From positions 45,694,001 through 45,758,000 of the forward strand of contig CM075979.1 in NCBI GenBank assembly GCA_038087875.1: 64,000 nucleotides of DNA, given 5' to 3'. Every line of letters begins with the position of its first letter. The stretch's first letter is position 1. Position numbers and translations under genes: made by a program. This document shows positions 1 through 12,688 of the stretch, in pieces. This DNA comes from Malacoraja senta (taxonomy: Eukaryota). The notes below the pieces were generated by a model. That model saw only the letters and a list, made by a program, of their open reading frames with translations, ran no database searches and was not told the origin of the DNA.

Positions 1-660
1 CCATGGGTCGACCAGAACTGCACACAAGACTCCAAATGGGGCCTGACCAAAGTCATGTAAAGCTGCATCATGACTTCCTGACTCTTGTACTCAATGCCCC
101 ATGGAATCATTGAAATATGAATGTGATTTGATTGCCTGTCGTGGATTGTACATGTTTAACATCTGGTAAATCCCTGGGAATATTATCTCCATCATCTAGA
201 GATAAGGCATTTCCAATGTGCTGCATACACATGGTTTGATGTGTACAACTGCCTTGTCTTTTTTGGAGGGTTTCAAACCCGTTCCTTATAATATATCACA
301 AATTCCAGAAATGCTCCCCTGCTGACTCTCCCTCTATTTCACCAACTCAATCCCACATGACAACATTCTGTCACATTCCTTGCCTCGTTAGTCTATCTAC
401 GGACTGTGTCGGAGGCTCCCTTAAATACGACTCAATAAATATGCTCCTTCTGTACTTAGATGCCAAGACAGTCTGTTAATACTTGGGGAAATTAAAATTC
501 CTGAGATTAATAACGTTATTGTTTAGTATCTCTGTGACTACTGTCTACATCACGGTTCCTCTACCTCTTGTTAACTGATGAAAGATCTGTAGCTCATCAC
601 CAGCAAAGTGACAATATCCTTTTGTTCCTGAACTCTTCTACATGGCCTCATTTGTGAAAC

Positions 661-940
661 AGGCAGCACGGTGGTGCAGCGCCGGAGACCCAGGTTAGAT
701 CCTGGCTGCATGTGCTGTGTGTACGGAGTTTGCACGTTCCTCCCGTGACTGGGTGGGTTTCTTCCCTCACTCCATAGACGTACAGGTTTGTAGGTTAATT
801 GGCTTCGGTAAGATTGTAAATTGTAAATTGTCCCTAGTGTGCAAGTTAGTGCAAGTGTAGGGGTGATCGCTGGTCGGCACAGACTCCGTGGGCTGATTGA
901 CCCGTTTCCGCGCTGTATCTCTGAAGTTTAAAGTTCAAAG
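661..940 (+). mobile_element. tRNA-derived V-SINE (HE1-like)
   Basis: GGCAGCACGGTGGTGCAG head, GTTTGCACGTT...GGGTTT...ACTCCA central V-domain-like core; further copies near 11617-11925 (+), 15610-15860 (-), 18280-18520 (-), 59290-59520 (-), 60535-60720 (+). Confidence 0.7.
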
Positions 941-1247
941 ATAATCTCTCCAACACTGAAATAATGCAGTGATGACAAAGTTAATTAATACAAGCGTTAT
1001 ATTTGCTTAAAGTCAGCATTTTAAATACAGGATTTCTCATCGCAGCAAGCAGATGATAGGACTTATCCTGCTTAAATTAGAATGTAAAACATAGAACAGT
1101 ACAGCATAGGAACAGGCCCTTCGGCCCACTATGTCCGTGCTAGACATAGTTCCGACATGAATTCTGTGAATCATATGTACAATAATTTTGACGCTGTTCA
1201 TATTTGCTTGTTTCCATTTCTAAGCTCTTTCCTTTGTGTTAATTCAG

Positions 1248-1387
1248 CATCAGATCCAACGGGAATACAAGTGGAAGCATAAGACAGCAAAGCAAAAAAT
1301 AAGTTTAAATCACAGAATCAGGAAGAGAAAGGGGAAAAAGAATCGGAAAATGACTTTTACACTGAGAAAAAAGAAGAAAATAATTGA
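1248..1387 (+). CDS. Terminal exon of upstream paralogue, with early TAA at 1280-1282
   Basis: Near-identical to 38092-38231, but AAA>TAA after GIQVEA; the original TGA is still at 1385-1387. Confidence 0.65.
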
Positions 1388-1806
1388 CAGCTTTAAACAA
1401 AGCTTCAGACAAAGGCAAAGACACCACAGGAACAAATGGTGTAAATTATAACATGGGGTTGCCAGCACGGTGGAGACACCAGGAACTGCAGATGCAGGAA
1501 CATTGAGCAAAACACAAAGTGCTGGAGGAACTCAGTGGGTCAGGCAGCATCCATGGAGGGAACATCAAGGGTCCCGACCCCAAAGATAATCAGTCCATTC
1601 CCTCCACAGATGCTGACTGACTCGCTGAGTTCCTCCAGCACTTTGTAATTTTTCATGTATGGTGGATCATTATTAAAATGAAAAGTGGAACTCAATGATG
1701 AAAGGCATTATTGTATAAAGAATTCCTGATCATATGATGATCAATACTACACTGATAAATTAATGTTCTACAAATGAGACAAAGTGAATGTGTAAATGGT
1801 CAAACA

Positions 1807-2444
1807 TCTATCTATCTATATACTTTGTATGTGTATGTGTATGTCATATTTTTGGCCTTTGATTCGTTACTCCGCCAAAACCAGACGCAAAAACGCGGAG
1901 ATTTTTACCATTTCGATAGCCATGTCACTTTTACTTTCGCTCATCCACTCCTCATTAAATTTAGTCATTTTTCAGTACACATTTTAATAAAATCCTTCCC
2001 CCCCCCACTCACTCATTTTTTCGCCTCACGCTAGCCACCTTCTACATCGCGTGCCCCGCACGACCAAACGGCTGCTGCTGCCCGGCTCTCCTCCACTCCC
2101 CCCCCCCCTCCCCTCCCCCGGCTCTGTCACGCTGTAGGAAGCCAAAGATCGGCCGTTCCCCCCGCTGCTTTTCACCGTCCTTGCTGGCGGCCCGCACGCT
2201 TGCAACTGTCCGAAAATCCCGCGCTGTCAACGGCCTGTCGGCCCGCAGGCGCATTAAGAGCGTACGCAGCGTCTCGACGGGCGTATGCAGCGTCTTGACG
2301 TCGTACGCAGCGTCTTGACGTTGTATGCAACGTCTTGACGCCGTATGCCTAGCGCGTGGTGTAGCGCGATGACGTCAGGCCGCCACCTCCCCTCCCAACC
2401 GCGCGTTGCCGGAACAGACCCAACGGGGTCTACACTTGGTCTAG
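1807..2444 (+). mobile_element. Non-autonomous Helitron-like element
   Basis: A|TC 5' end (TCTATCTATCTATATAC), hairpin AGACCC-aacg-GGGTCT (2416-2431) then CTAG|T at 2441-2445; internal ~20-nt tandem repeats at 2262-2345. Confidence 0.65.
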
Positions 2445-2959
2445 TACATAACTAAAAGTCTTCGTCTTGTTTGTGCCCACGATGTGTCTGCCCTGTGTCT
2501 CTGTGTCAATCTGGTTAATTCCTATCTTACATACGCTAGGCCACAGCCTTCCCATTTTCACACATCCTACTCACATTTTTCCCGCTGTGGCGATAAACAT
2601 CTTCCTGTCGCATTTCCACCTATATTTCCGAAGTTATTCGCGATTACAGCTTTAAAAATGCCAACTTTAACTACATTTTTACTGTCAAACTCCTTTCTCC
2701 CAGCTTCCAACACACATCAATACAAAGTTGCATGACAGGAACACTCAATTTCACCATAATGGGATATTTTCAACAGAGGGGGGAGAGAGCCAAATGCTAT
2801 TGCAATTGGAACTGCTGCAGCAGGCAAGGGAGGTGCAATTGGATCTTTTTTTCAAGTCCACTGCTGAGGGAGGCAGGTGAGTGCTGAAATCTTACGTTCA
2901 GGAAGCCCTTCAGTTGCGTTGGGGGAACGGGTGTGAGTGGTGGAATATTGTGTTGGGGG

Positions 2960-2990
2960 AGCAGACCTAACGGGTCTTCACTTGGTCTGG
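2960..2990 (+). mobile_element. Second Helitron-like 3' end
   Basis: CAGACCTAACGGGTCTTCACTTGGTCTGG|T; reads CTAG|T in the paralogue at 49445-49449. The 5' end was not located. Confidence 0.45.
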
Positions 2991-3229
2991 TTTCAACTAA
3001 AATTATATTTCAGCAACATGTGAATTGCACAAATTATAGGAAATATTTTGAACCAATATAACAACCATACTTTATTTCTAAAACATAATTTTATAAAATA
3101 ATGTTACTGGTATCCTCGATATATTCCTGCAGTATTAATTATGTATTGTTCCTCAAACTCAAGTAGAATAGGAAGATACAGAGTGCAGAATCAGTTCCAG
3201 AGACAAAGTCCAATGTCCGCAATGGGGTA

Positions 3230-3370
3230 GAGGTGAATCCTCTGGTTACCCCAGCTTATGGAAGGATCATTGAGAAGCCTGATCACAGAGGGGAAGTAGC
3301 TGTTCCTCAGTCTGGTGCTGCGCACTTTCAATCTTCTGTACCTTCTGTAAGTGGGATCACATAGAAATAG
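3230..3370 (-). mobile_element. Rex1/Babar-like LINE 3' fragment
   Basis: Minus-strand RRYRRLKVRSTRLRNSYFPSVIRLLN, typical of the C-terminus of Rex1/Babar-type ORFs; related pieces at about 13990-14400 (-), 49720-49810 (-) and 60340-60530 (+). Confidence 0.6.
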
Positions 3371-3839
3371 TGTGAATGGGTAAGCGTTGGTCAGCGTGGA
3401 CTTTGTGGGCCGAAGGGCCTGTTTCCATGCTGTATCCACTCCCGCACCCTTGTCTCCCTTCCTGACGCTTCAAGTCCCACCACGAACAGTAGCTCTGAAC
3501 TGCTGCAGCTCAATATCCCGGACCCTGCCCCCCACTTCCATTCCCACCCCCCCCCTCCACCCCAAACTGCAGCCTCAGTATCAAACTACAGATGCTGTAA
3601 TCCTGAGCAATGCACAAAGTGCATCTGAAACTCAGAAGGTCAGACAGCGTCTGTGGAGGGAATGGACAGAAGACGTTTCGGGTTGAGAACGTCACTTGTC
3701 CATTCCATCCACAGATGCTGCCTGACCTGCTGAGTTCCTCCAGCACTTTGATTTGTGTACAATATTCTACAGAATGTAACTTATACTAAGTTACTAATTT
3801 ATTCTACTGATCAGATTGGTTCATTCCCTCTGGAATTAG

Positions 3840-4650
3840 CACAAGGTTTCAGGTCGGAACCTTTCTTCAGACTGATTGTAATAGTGGGGTGAAAGCTTGA
3901 AAAGAAAGTTGGGATGGGACAAAGCCTGGCAAGTGATAGGTGGATACAAGTGTGGGAGGGGAGTGAATGGCAGATGTGTGGAGTGGGTGACAAAGGCCCA
4001 AGCCACCCCCCTCCCCAGCTACTTACCCCTGCAACCGCAGGAGATGCAACACCTGGCCCTTTACCTCCCCCTTCAACTCCAAGGACCCCTACAGTATTTT
4101 CAGGTGAGGCAGAGGTTCACTTGCACCTCCTCCAACCTCATCTACTGTATCTGCTGTTCCAGGTGTGGACTCGTGGTGTATATCGGCGAGACCAACCAAA
4201 GGCTCAGTGATCGTATCATTGAACCACCTCCACTCAGTCTGCTTAGACCTACGCAATCTCCAGGTTGCTAAACACTTTAACTCTCCCTCCCATTCTCACT
4301 GACCTTTCTGTCCTGGGCCTCCTCCATTGTCAGAGTGAGGACCCAACGCAAATTGGAGGAAATGCACGTCATATTTTGCTTGGGCAGCTTACACTCCAAT
4401 AGTATGAATATTGACTTCTTCAAATAACCCTTGCTTTCCCTCTCACCCCGTCCCTCCCCCACCCTTGGTTTCTTTGATTAGTTTCACTGTCCTGATAATT
4501 TGACTGATTGTATGCCTCGTTGTCACCTTCCCCCTCAGCGAACAATGAACAATGAACCATTCTACATTTCCTTATCATCTGCTTTCATCTGTCATTTTCT
4601 CACCTTACCCTTCCATATCTCTCCCCTGACTCCTCAGACTGAAGGGTCTA
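3840..4650 (+). mobile_element. 5'-truncated Penelope-like element (GIY-YIG endonuclease fragment)
   Basis: FQVRQRFTCTSSNLIYCICCSRCGLVVYIGET..RL GIY-YIG motif, preceded by an inverted terminal segment. Confidence 0.8.
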
Positions 4651-5860
4651 TACCTTTCCTTTAGCCCTTAGAGCTAAATCTAACTCTTTCTTGAAAATAT
4701 CCAGTGAATTGGCCTCCACTGGCTTCTGTGGCAGAGAATTCCACAGATTCACAACTCTCTGGGTGAAAACGTTTTTCCCTCATCTCAGTCCTAAATAGCC
4801 TACCCTTTACTCTTAAACTGTGAGCCCTGGTTCTGGACTCCCCCAACATAGGGAACATGTACAGTTATATAAGATGACAGTGAGGCAGCATTTACAACAT
4901 TGTGTTCAGTTCTGGGCACCCATGTTATAGGAAAGATGGTGTCAAGCTGGAATGGGTATGGAGAAGATTTACGAGGACAAGGTTAATTCCCGGGATGGCG
5001 GGACTGTCATATGCTGAGAGAATGGACCAGCTGGGCTTGTACACTCTGGAGTTTAGAAGGATGAGAGGATATCTCATTGAAACATATAAAATTGTTAAGG
5101 GTTTTAGACACGCTAGATGCAGGAAACATGTTGCCGATGTTGGGGGAGTCCAGAACCAAGGGGTTTAAGAATAAGGAGTAAGCCATTTAGAAGGGAGATA
5201 AGGAAACACTTTTTCTCACAGAGAGTGTTGAGTCTGTGGAATTCTCTGCCTCAGAGGGGCGGTGGAGGCAGGTTCTCTGGATGCTTTCAAGAGAGAGCTA
5301 GATAGGGCTCTTAAAAATAGTGGAGTCAAGGTGATATGGGGAGAAGGCAGGAACGGGGGTACTGATTGGGGGATGATCAGCCATGATAACATTGAATGGC
5401 TACGAAGGGACCGAATGGCCTACTCCTGCACCTATTGTCTATTGATGTTGCCAGGACTCGACGGTTGTGAGCTATCGGGACAGGTTTAAACAGCTGGTAC
5501 TCTATTCCTTGGAGCGCAGGAGGATGAGGGGTGAACTTATAGAGGTGTATATAAACGCGCTATATAAATACAATTTATTATCATTATTATTATTATAGGT
5601 CGGGTAGATGCGCGGAGCACGGGTATCGAGGACCAGAGGACATAGGTTTAAGGTGAAAAAGATTAATAGGAATCAGAGCTGTCACAGGAGGTCGTTGAGG
5701 CAGGGACTATCGTTACGTTTAAGAAACAATTAAGACAGGTACATGGATCAGACAGGTTTGGTGGGGATTTGGGTGTGAAATACAGGCAGGTGGGACTAGT
5801 GAAACTGGGACATGTTGGCCGGTTTGGGAAGTTGGGCCGAAATGTGTGTTTTCACACTGA
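4650..5860. mobile_element. Cluster of CR1-like LINE 3' fragments in both orientations
   Basis: Translations such as [15 protein letters not shown]...LEFRRMRG and HFFSQRV..LWNSLP. Confidence 0.8.
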
Positions 5861-6004
5861 CTCTATGCTGAGTTACTCAGCACTGTGTGTCAGTGTGCAT
5901 CTGTGTTATTGATCAGGGCCACTCGATAGACGTCTAGTCCACCGATGTAATCAATAAATATCCAAAGCCAGCGGATGTACAGACGGGAAACAACGTGAGG
6001 ACAC

Positions 6005-6016
6005 GAAAACGAAAGT
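6005..6016 (+). promoter_or_regulatory. ISRE/IRF-binding element GAAAACGAAAGT
   Basis: Matches the GAAANNGAAA(G/C)T consensus, 17 nt upstream of the ATG; identical in the paralogue. Confidence 0.65.
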
Positions 6017-6032
6017 AATTCATCTCTGCAAG

Positions 6033-6162
6033 ATGGTGGCGGGGCAGGGCGCTGGCTGCGGCCGGACGAGGACTGTCTTGGGGCTGAGGGGCTGCTGCGT
6101 CTCTTCGGGAACCCGGCTACCGACCCTGTTACTGGCGCTGGCGTGGCTGCTACCCGCGGCAG
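6033..6162 (+). CDS. NCR3LG1: Exon 1, signal peptide (MVAG...RLPTLLLALAWLLPAA)
   Basis: ATG 6033 in a CpG-rich region; hydrophobic LLLALAWLL core ending PAA; donor G|GTA at 6162/6163 in phase 1; the split codon G+AT gives Asp at the start of the V exon. Confidence 0.8.
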
Positions 6163-6784
6163 GTANNNNNNNNNNNNNNNNNNNNNNNNNNNNNNNNNNN
6201 NNNNNNNNNNNNNNNNNNNNNNNNNNNNNNNNNNNNNNNNNNNNNNNNNNNNNNNNNNNNNNNNNNNNNNNNNNNNNNNNNNNNNNNNNNNNNNNNNNNN
6301 NNNNNNNNNNNNNNNNNNNNNNNNNNNNNNNNNNNNNNNNCTGCAAGTTGTACTTTCCAATCAACCATAAAAAGTCGATGGCATCTGCTTATCCTTTGCA
6401 ATGCTGACAATGGGCTGGCCCTTTGCAGAGTGCAGTCCTTGCAGTTTCAAATGTGACCAATGAAGCTCAAAGAGCCCGCCCAAAAACGGTGTCCATGAAA
6501 AGTCTTGCGGGTTATATAATGTAATGTAATCATCGTTTGATTGTTTTTTTGCTAAGTAGATATATTTGGTGAAGGAGTGGAGATATTTTAGACGTGTGAA
6601 AGAATACTAAAGAACTAAGAACTACTAAAACAGGGCGATCTGTCACATGAGTTACTCCAGCATTTTGCGTCTGTTTTCCACCTAGTTGACAGACACTGGC
6701 CTAAACTGGTCCTCCTGTAGAAACACGGAATTGCAGATGCTGCTTTACCGAGGAAAGACACAGAGTGCTTGAGTACATAGATAC

Positions 6785-8936
6785 AGATACATAGACAACA
6801 GGTGCAGGAGTAGGCCATTCGTGCCTTCAAGCCAGCACCGCCATTCAATGTGATCATGGCTGATCATCCACAATCAGTACCCCGTTCATGCCTTCTCCCA
6901 TGTCCCCTGATTCCGCCAGCCCTAAGAGCTCTATCTAACTCTCTTTTGAATGCATCCAGTGAATCGGCCTCCACTCCACTGCCTTCTGAGGCAAAGAATT
7001 CCACAAATTCACAACTCTCTGGGTGAAAAGGTTTTCCGCATCTCAGTTCTAAATGGCCTACCCCCATATTCTTAAACTGTGGCCCCTGGTTCTGGACTCC
7101 CCCAACATCGAGAACATGTTTCCTGCATCTAGTGTGTCCAATCCCATAATAATTTTATATGTTTCTATAACATACCCCTCTCATCCTTCTAAATTCCAGT
7201 GAGTACAAGCCCAGTCCGCTCCATTCTTTCATCATAAGTCAGTCACGCCATCATAAGTCAGTTAACGTCGTGAACCTATGTTGCACTCCCCTCAATAGCA
7301 AGAAAGTCGTTCCTCAAATTAGGAGACCAAAACTGCACACAATACTCCAGGTGTGGTCTCTCCAGGACCCCCGACTGGGAGTCAGGAGACAGCAAACTAG
7401 CGATTACTTAAAGAAGTAGCCCCAGAAATAGTGGATGCATTAGTGATAATTTTTCAAAACTCTTTAGATTCTGGAGTAGTTCCTGAGGATTGGAGGGTAG
7501 CAAACGTAACCCCACTTTTTAAAAATGGAGGGAGAGAGAAAATGGGGAATTACAGACCAGTTAGTCTAACATCGGTAGTGGGGAAACTGCTAGAATCAGT
7601 TATTAAAGATGGGATAGCAGCACATTTGGAAAGTGGTGAAATCATTGGACAAAGTCAGCATGGATTTATGAAAGGTAAATCATGTCTGACGAATCTTATA
7701 GAATTTTTCGAGGATGTAACTAGTAGAGTGGATAAGGGAGAACTAGTGGATGTGTTATATCTGGACTTTCAGAAGGCTTTCGACAAGGTCCCACATAAGA
7801 GATTAGTATGCAAACTTAAAGCACACGATATTGGGGGTTCAGTATTGATGTGGATAGAGAACTGGCTGGCAGACAGGAAACAAAGAGTAGGAGTAAACGG
7901 GTTCCTTTTCACAATGGCAGGCAGTGACTGGTGGGGTACCGCAAGGCTCAGTGCTGGGACCCCAGCTGTTTATGATATATATTAATGATTTGGACGAGGG
8001 AATTGAATGCAACATCTCCAAATTTGCGGATGACACGAAGCTGGGGGGCAGTGTTAGCTGTGAGGAGGATGCTCGGTAGGCTGCAAGGTGACTTGGACAG
8101 GCTGGGTGAGTGGGCAAATGCATGGCAGATGCAGTATAAATGTGGATAAATGTGAGGTTATCCACTTTGGTGGCAAAAACAGGAAAGTAGACTATTATCT
8201 GAATGGTGGCTGATTAGGAAAAGGGGAGATGCAACGAGCCCTGGGTGTCATGGTACACCAGTCATTAAAAGTAGGCATGCAGGTGCAGCAGGCAGTGAAG
8301 AAGGCAAATGGTATGTTAGCATTCATAGCAAAACGATTTGAGTATAGGAGCAGGGAGGTTCGACTGCAGTTGTACAGGGTCTTGTTGAGACCACACTTGG
8401 AGTATTGCGTACAGTTTTGGTCTCCTAATCTGAGGAAAGACATTCTTGCCATAGAGGGAGTACAGAGAAGGTTCACCAGACTGATTCCTGGGGATGGCAG
8501 GACTTTCATATGAAGAAAGACTGGATAGACTCGGTTTTGTACTCGCTAGAATTTAGAAGATTGCGGGGGGATCTTATAGAAACGTACAAAATTCTTAAGG
8601 GGTTGGACAGGCTAGATGCAGGAAGATTGTTCCACAATGTTGGGGGAAGTCCAGAACAAGGGGTCACAGTTTAAGGATAAGGGGGAAATCTTTTAGGACC
8701 GAGATGAGGAAAACATTTTTCACACAGAGAGTGGTGAATCTGTGGAATTCTCTGCCACAGAAGGTAGTTGAGGCCAGTTCATTGGCTATATTTAAGAGGG
8801 AGTTGGATGTGGGCCCCTTGTGGCTAAAGGGATCAGGGGGTATGGAGAGAAAGCAGGTACAGGATACTGAGTTGGATGATCAGCCATCATCATATTGAAT
8901 GGCGGTGCAGGCTCGAAGGGCCGAATGGCCTACTCC
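6785..8936. mobile_element. CR1 fragments: minus-strand 3' piece (about 6785-7370) and plus-strand RT region (about 7396-8936)
   Basis: NYRPVSLTSVVGKL, QHGF.KGKSCLTNL, LDFQKAFDKV and FADDTK motifs; frameshifted. Confidence 0.9.
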
Positions 8937-9136
8937 NNNNNNNNNNNNNNNNNNNNNNNNNNNNNNNNNNNNNNNNNNNNNNNNNNNNNNNNNNNNNNNN
9001 NNNNNNNNNNNNNNNNNNNNNNNNNNNNNNNNNNNNNNNNNNNNNNNNNNNNNNNNNNNNNNNNNNNNNNNNNNNNNNNNNNNNNNNNNNNNNNNNNNNN
9101 NNNNNNNNNNNNNNNNNNNNNNNNNNNNNNNNNNNN
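8937..9136. other. Assembly gap (200 N, probably unsized); other gaps at 6166-6340 and 53499-53766
   Basis: Runs of N seen directly. Confidence 0.97.
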
Positions 9137-9162
9137 ACTTCATGTTTTTGATTTCCATTTAG

Positions 9163-9501
9163 ATTCGTTGGATATGAACATTTTTGCCAGTCCGAAGAAA
9201 GTATTTTTGAAGGATTCGGTTTTGTTGGAATGTAAATTTTCTGGGTTTAAAGCACCGCTTGACTTGTCAAATGTAGGTGTGCGGTGGTTGTTCGGACCAC
9301 ACCAGGAAGAAATCTATGTTTTTCAAAAGGGAGAACATAGGCCCAAGAAACCTGGCATAGAAATATCCGACATTAAACTATCCGAAGGAGATGCTTCACT
9401 TCTGCTTCATAATGTCCAATTGGAAAATGAAGGGAATTATACTTGCATTGTGTTTGTCACTCCTGAAAAGGCAGAAAAGAGTTCGGAACTGCGAGTTTTA
9501 G
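9163..9501 (+). CDS. NCR3LG1: IgV-set exon of B7-H6-like protein
   Basis: Acceptor tttccatttag|AT, donor TTA G|GTAAA. LLECKF...PLDLSNVGVRW...GDASLLLHNVQLENEGNYTCIVFVTPEKAE parallels human B7-H6 as I recall it (PLNITSMGITW...[30 protein letters not shown]). Confidence 0.92.
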
Positions 9502-10314
9502 GTAAAAGACCATCAACATTACCCGGGGTGATCTGCACTGTTATTACTGGATCTTGGTGGTAAAAATGGGTTTCACCAATTGGCCTTCAACTACCAGCGT
9601 ATTGAATATAGAAGTTTGGAGGTCATGTTGCAGTTATATAAGACGTTGGTGAGGCTGTATTTAGAGTATTGTGTTCAGTTCTGGGCACCATGCTGTAGGG
9701 AAGATGTTGTCAAGCTGGAAAGGGTACAGAGAAGATTTACGAGGATGTTGCCAGGATTCGAGGGTCTGGGCTACAGGGAGAGGTTGAGCAGCCTGGGACT
9801 TTATTCTTGCGGCACAGGAGGATGAGGGGTGATCTTATGGAGGTGTATAAAGTTATGAGAGGAATAGATCGGGTAGACACACAGAGTCTCTTGCCCAGAG
9901 TAGGGCGATCGAGCACCAGAGGGCATATGATTTAAGGTGAATTGGCCCTCTGTAAATCACCTCTAGTGTGTCGAGAGTGGATGAGAAAGAAAGGATAACA
10001 GAACTAGTGTGAACGGGTGATTGATGGTTGACGTGGATTTAATGGACGTAGGGCCGATTTCAATGCTGATTCTCAAATAAAATTGCAAATGCAAAACTGT
10101 ATAAAGAGTGACCACGTCAAAAGTATTTTAGTGTTCTCATTAATATATGCTACATATACTTAGCTGAATAATGTGGCAATCTAAATCTGCATGTCGTCAA
10201 AGGCACTAAATTATAGGAAAGGAATGGTTGGCATGGACTCGATGGGCTGAAGGGCCTGTTTCCAAGCAGTATTAATCAATCAATCAAAAATCAACATTAA
10301 TTGACTTTTATAAC

Positions 10315-11326
10315 CATATAACAATTACAGCACGGAAACAGGCCATCTCGGCCCTTCTAGTCCGTGCCGAACACTTACTCTCACCTAGTCCCATCTACCT
10401 GCACTCAGACCATAACCCTCCATTCCTTTCCGTCCATATACCTATCCAATTTATTTTTAAATGATAAAATTGAACCTGCCTCCACCACTTCCACTGGAAA
10501 CTCATTCCACACAGCTACCACTCTCTGAGTAAAGAAGTTCCCCCTCATGTTACCCCTAATCTTCTGTCCCTTAATTCTCAAATCATGTCCTCTTGTTTGA
10601 ATCTTCCCTACTCTCAATGGAAAAAGCTTATCCACGTCAACTCTGTCTATCCCTCTCATAATTTTAAAGACCTCTATCAAGTCCCCCCTTAACCTTCTGC
10701 GCTCCAAAGAATAAAGACCTAACTTGTTCAACCTTTCTCTGTAACTTAGGTGCTGAAACCCAGGCAACATTCTAGTAAATCTCCTCTGTACTCTCTCTAT
10801 TTTGTTGACATCTTTCCTATAATTTGGCGACCAATATTGTACACCATACTCCAGAGTTGGCCTCACCAATGCCTTGTACAATTTTAACATTACATCCCAA
10901 ATTTTATACTCAACGCTCTGATTTATAAAGGCCAGCACACCAAAAGCTCTCTTTACCACCCTATCTACATGAGATTCCACCTTCAGGGAACTATGCACAG
11001 TTATTCCTAGATCCCTCTGTTCAACTGCATTTCTCAATGCGCTACCGTTTACCATGTACATCCTATTTTGATTTGTCCTGCCAAGATGTAGCACCTCACA
11101 CTTATCAGCATTAAACTCCATCTGCCATCTTTCAGCCCACTCTTCCAAATGGCGTAAATCTCTCTGTAGACTTTGAAAATCTACTTCATTATCCACAACA
11201 CCACCTATCTTATTATCATCTGCATACTTACCAATCCAATTTATCACACCATCATCAAGATCATTGATGTACATGACAAACAACAGTGGACCCAACACAG
11301 ATCCCTGAGGCACCCCACTAGTCACC
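10315..11326 (-). mobile_element. 5'-truncated CR1 LINE (RT C-terminal half)
   Basis: ORF 10405-11325: [14 protein letters not shown]...YADDNK...LEYGVQYWSP. Confidence 0.9.
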
Positions 11327-12003
11327 GGGTAAGGGAAATCTATTTTTATTAGGGCAAGGGTTGAAGGAAGGAAAGTGGTCCATTTTGTATTAGCCCATCA
11401 ATAGGTTAATATAGGACATAGGTTTAAGGGGAGAGGGGAAATATTTAATAGGAACAAGAGGAGCAACTTTTTCACAGAGAAGGTGGTGAGTGTATGGAAC
11501 AAGCTGCCTAACGAGGTAGTTGAGGCAGGTACTATAACAACATTTAAAAGACATTTGTACATGGATAGGAAAGGTTTAGAGTGTTATGGTCCAACACGGG
11601 CAGGTGGGATTGGGACAGCACAGTGGCACATCTGGTAGAGTTGCTGCCTCACAATGCAGGAGACCCAGGTTCAATCCTGACCATGGGTGCTGTCTGTATG
11701 GGGTTGTACGTTCTCCCTGTGACCACGTGGGTTTTCTCCAGGTGCTCCGGTTTCCTCCCACACTCCAAAGGTGTACAAGTTTATAAGTTAATTGACTTCT
11801 GCAAAACAAAATTGTAAATTGTCCATAGAGTAGGATCGTGCTAGTGCACAGGGCGATCGCTGTTTGGTGCGGACTCGTTGGGCTGAAGGGACAGTTTCCA
11901 CGCTGCATGTCTAAAGTCTAAACTAGTGTAGATGGGGCACTTTGGTCATTGTGGGCAAATTGGGCTGAAGGGTCTGCTTCTGTGCTGTATGCTGTGACCC
12001 TTA

Positions 12004-12688
12004 ACGGCCTGTCCCACTTACGTGTCCTTGGCACGCAAATTACGCGACCTCGTGGTCACGATGGTCCCGCGAAGGTCGGGCGCGATTAAATGCGTACACA
12101 CAGCCGTCGGGAGCGCGTGACGTCATTTGGAGATGGACACAAAGCTGGAGTAACTCAGCGGGACCGGCAGCATCTCCGGAGAGAAGCAATGGGTGACGTT
12201 TCGTGTCGAGACTCTTCTTCAGTCTGAAAAGAAGGGTCTTGACCCGAAACATCACCCATTGCTTCTCTCCGGAGATGCTGCCGGTCCCGCTGAGTTACTC
12301 CTGCATTTAGTGTCTATCTTCAATTTACTTGGCCCCGCTCTGGGAGTAGAAGTGGGGGCGGATCCGGACCGCAACGGCCGTGAGCCCCAGGCCGAGTTCG
12401 GCGATCGTTTGCCTGCTTCTGCTGCTGTTGAAGGTGAGACGTTGCGTCGCACCAGGGTCTTGGGCCTGTCCCACTTTGGCTGTCAGTTCCGCGACAGGCC
12501 GTTGGCGCGCGGAGATTTAGTTCACTACAAAAATTTCGGAGCCCCGTGCGATATCGCGCACAACTACATACCCCTCTGCGCTTCTCATTGGGTCCGGCCC
12601 CGCACGGCCACACAATGCCCGTGCGCCTCAATGCGACCACGAGGTTGCGTAATTTGCATGCCAAGGACACGTAAGTGGGACAGGCCCT
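12004..12688. mobile_element. PIF/Harbinger-type MITE with nested palindromic Penelope-derived unit
   Basis: About 55-bp TIRs (A(C/G)GGCCTGTCCCACTTACGTGTCCTTGGCA...) and TTA target duplication at 12001-12003 and 12689-12691; nested palindrome at about 12135-12315. Confidence 0.8.

Larger units (their letters stand above)
1..8936 (+). repeat. Segmental duplication copy A (gene 3' end, intergenic spacer, exon 1, start of intron 1)
   Basis: Position 1 aligns to 37574; collinear unique anchors 1248/38092, 2445/48908, 3900/50350, 6033/53370, 6341/53770. Confidence 0.9.
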
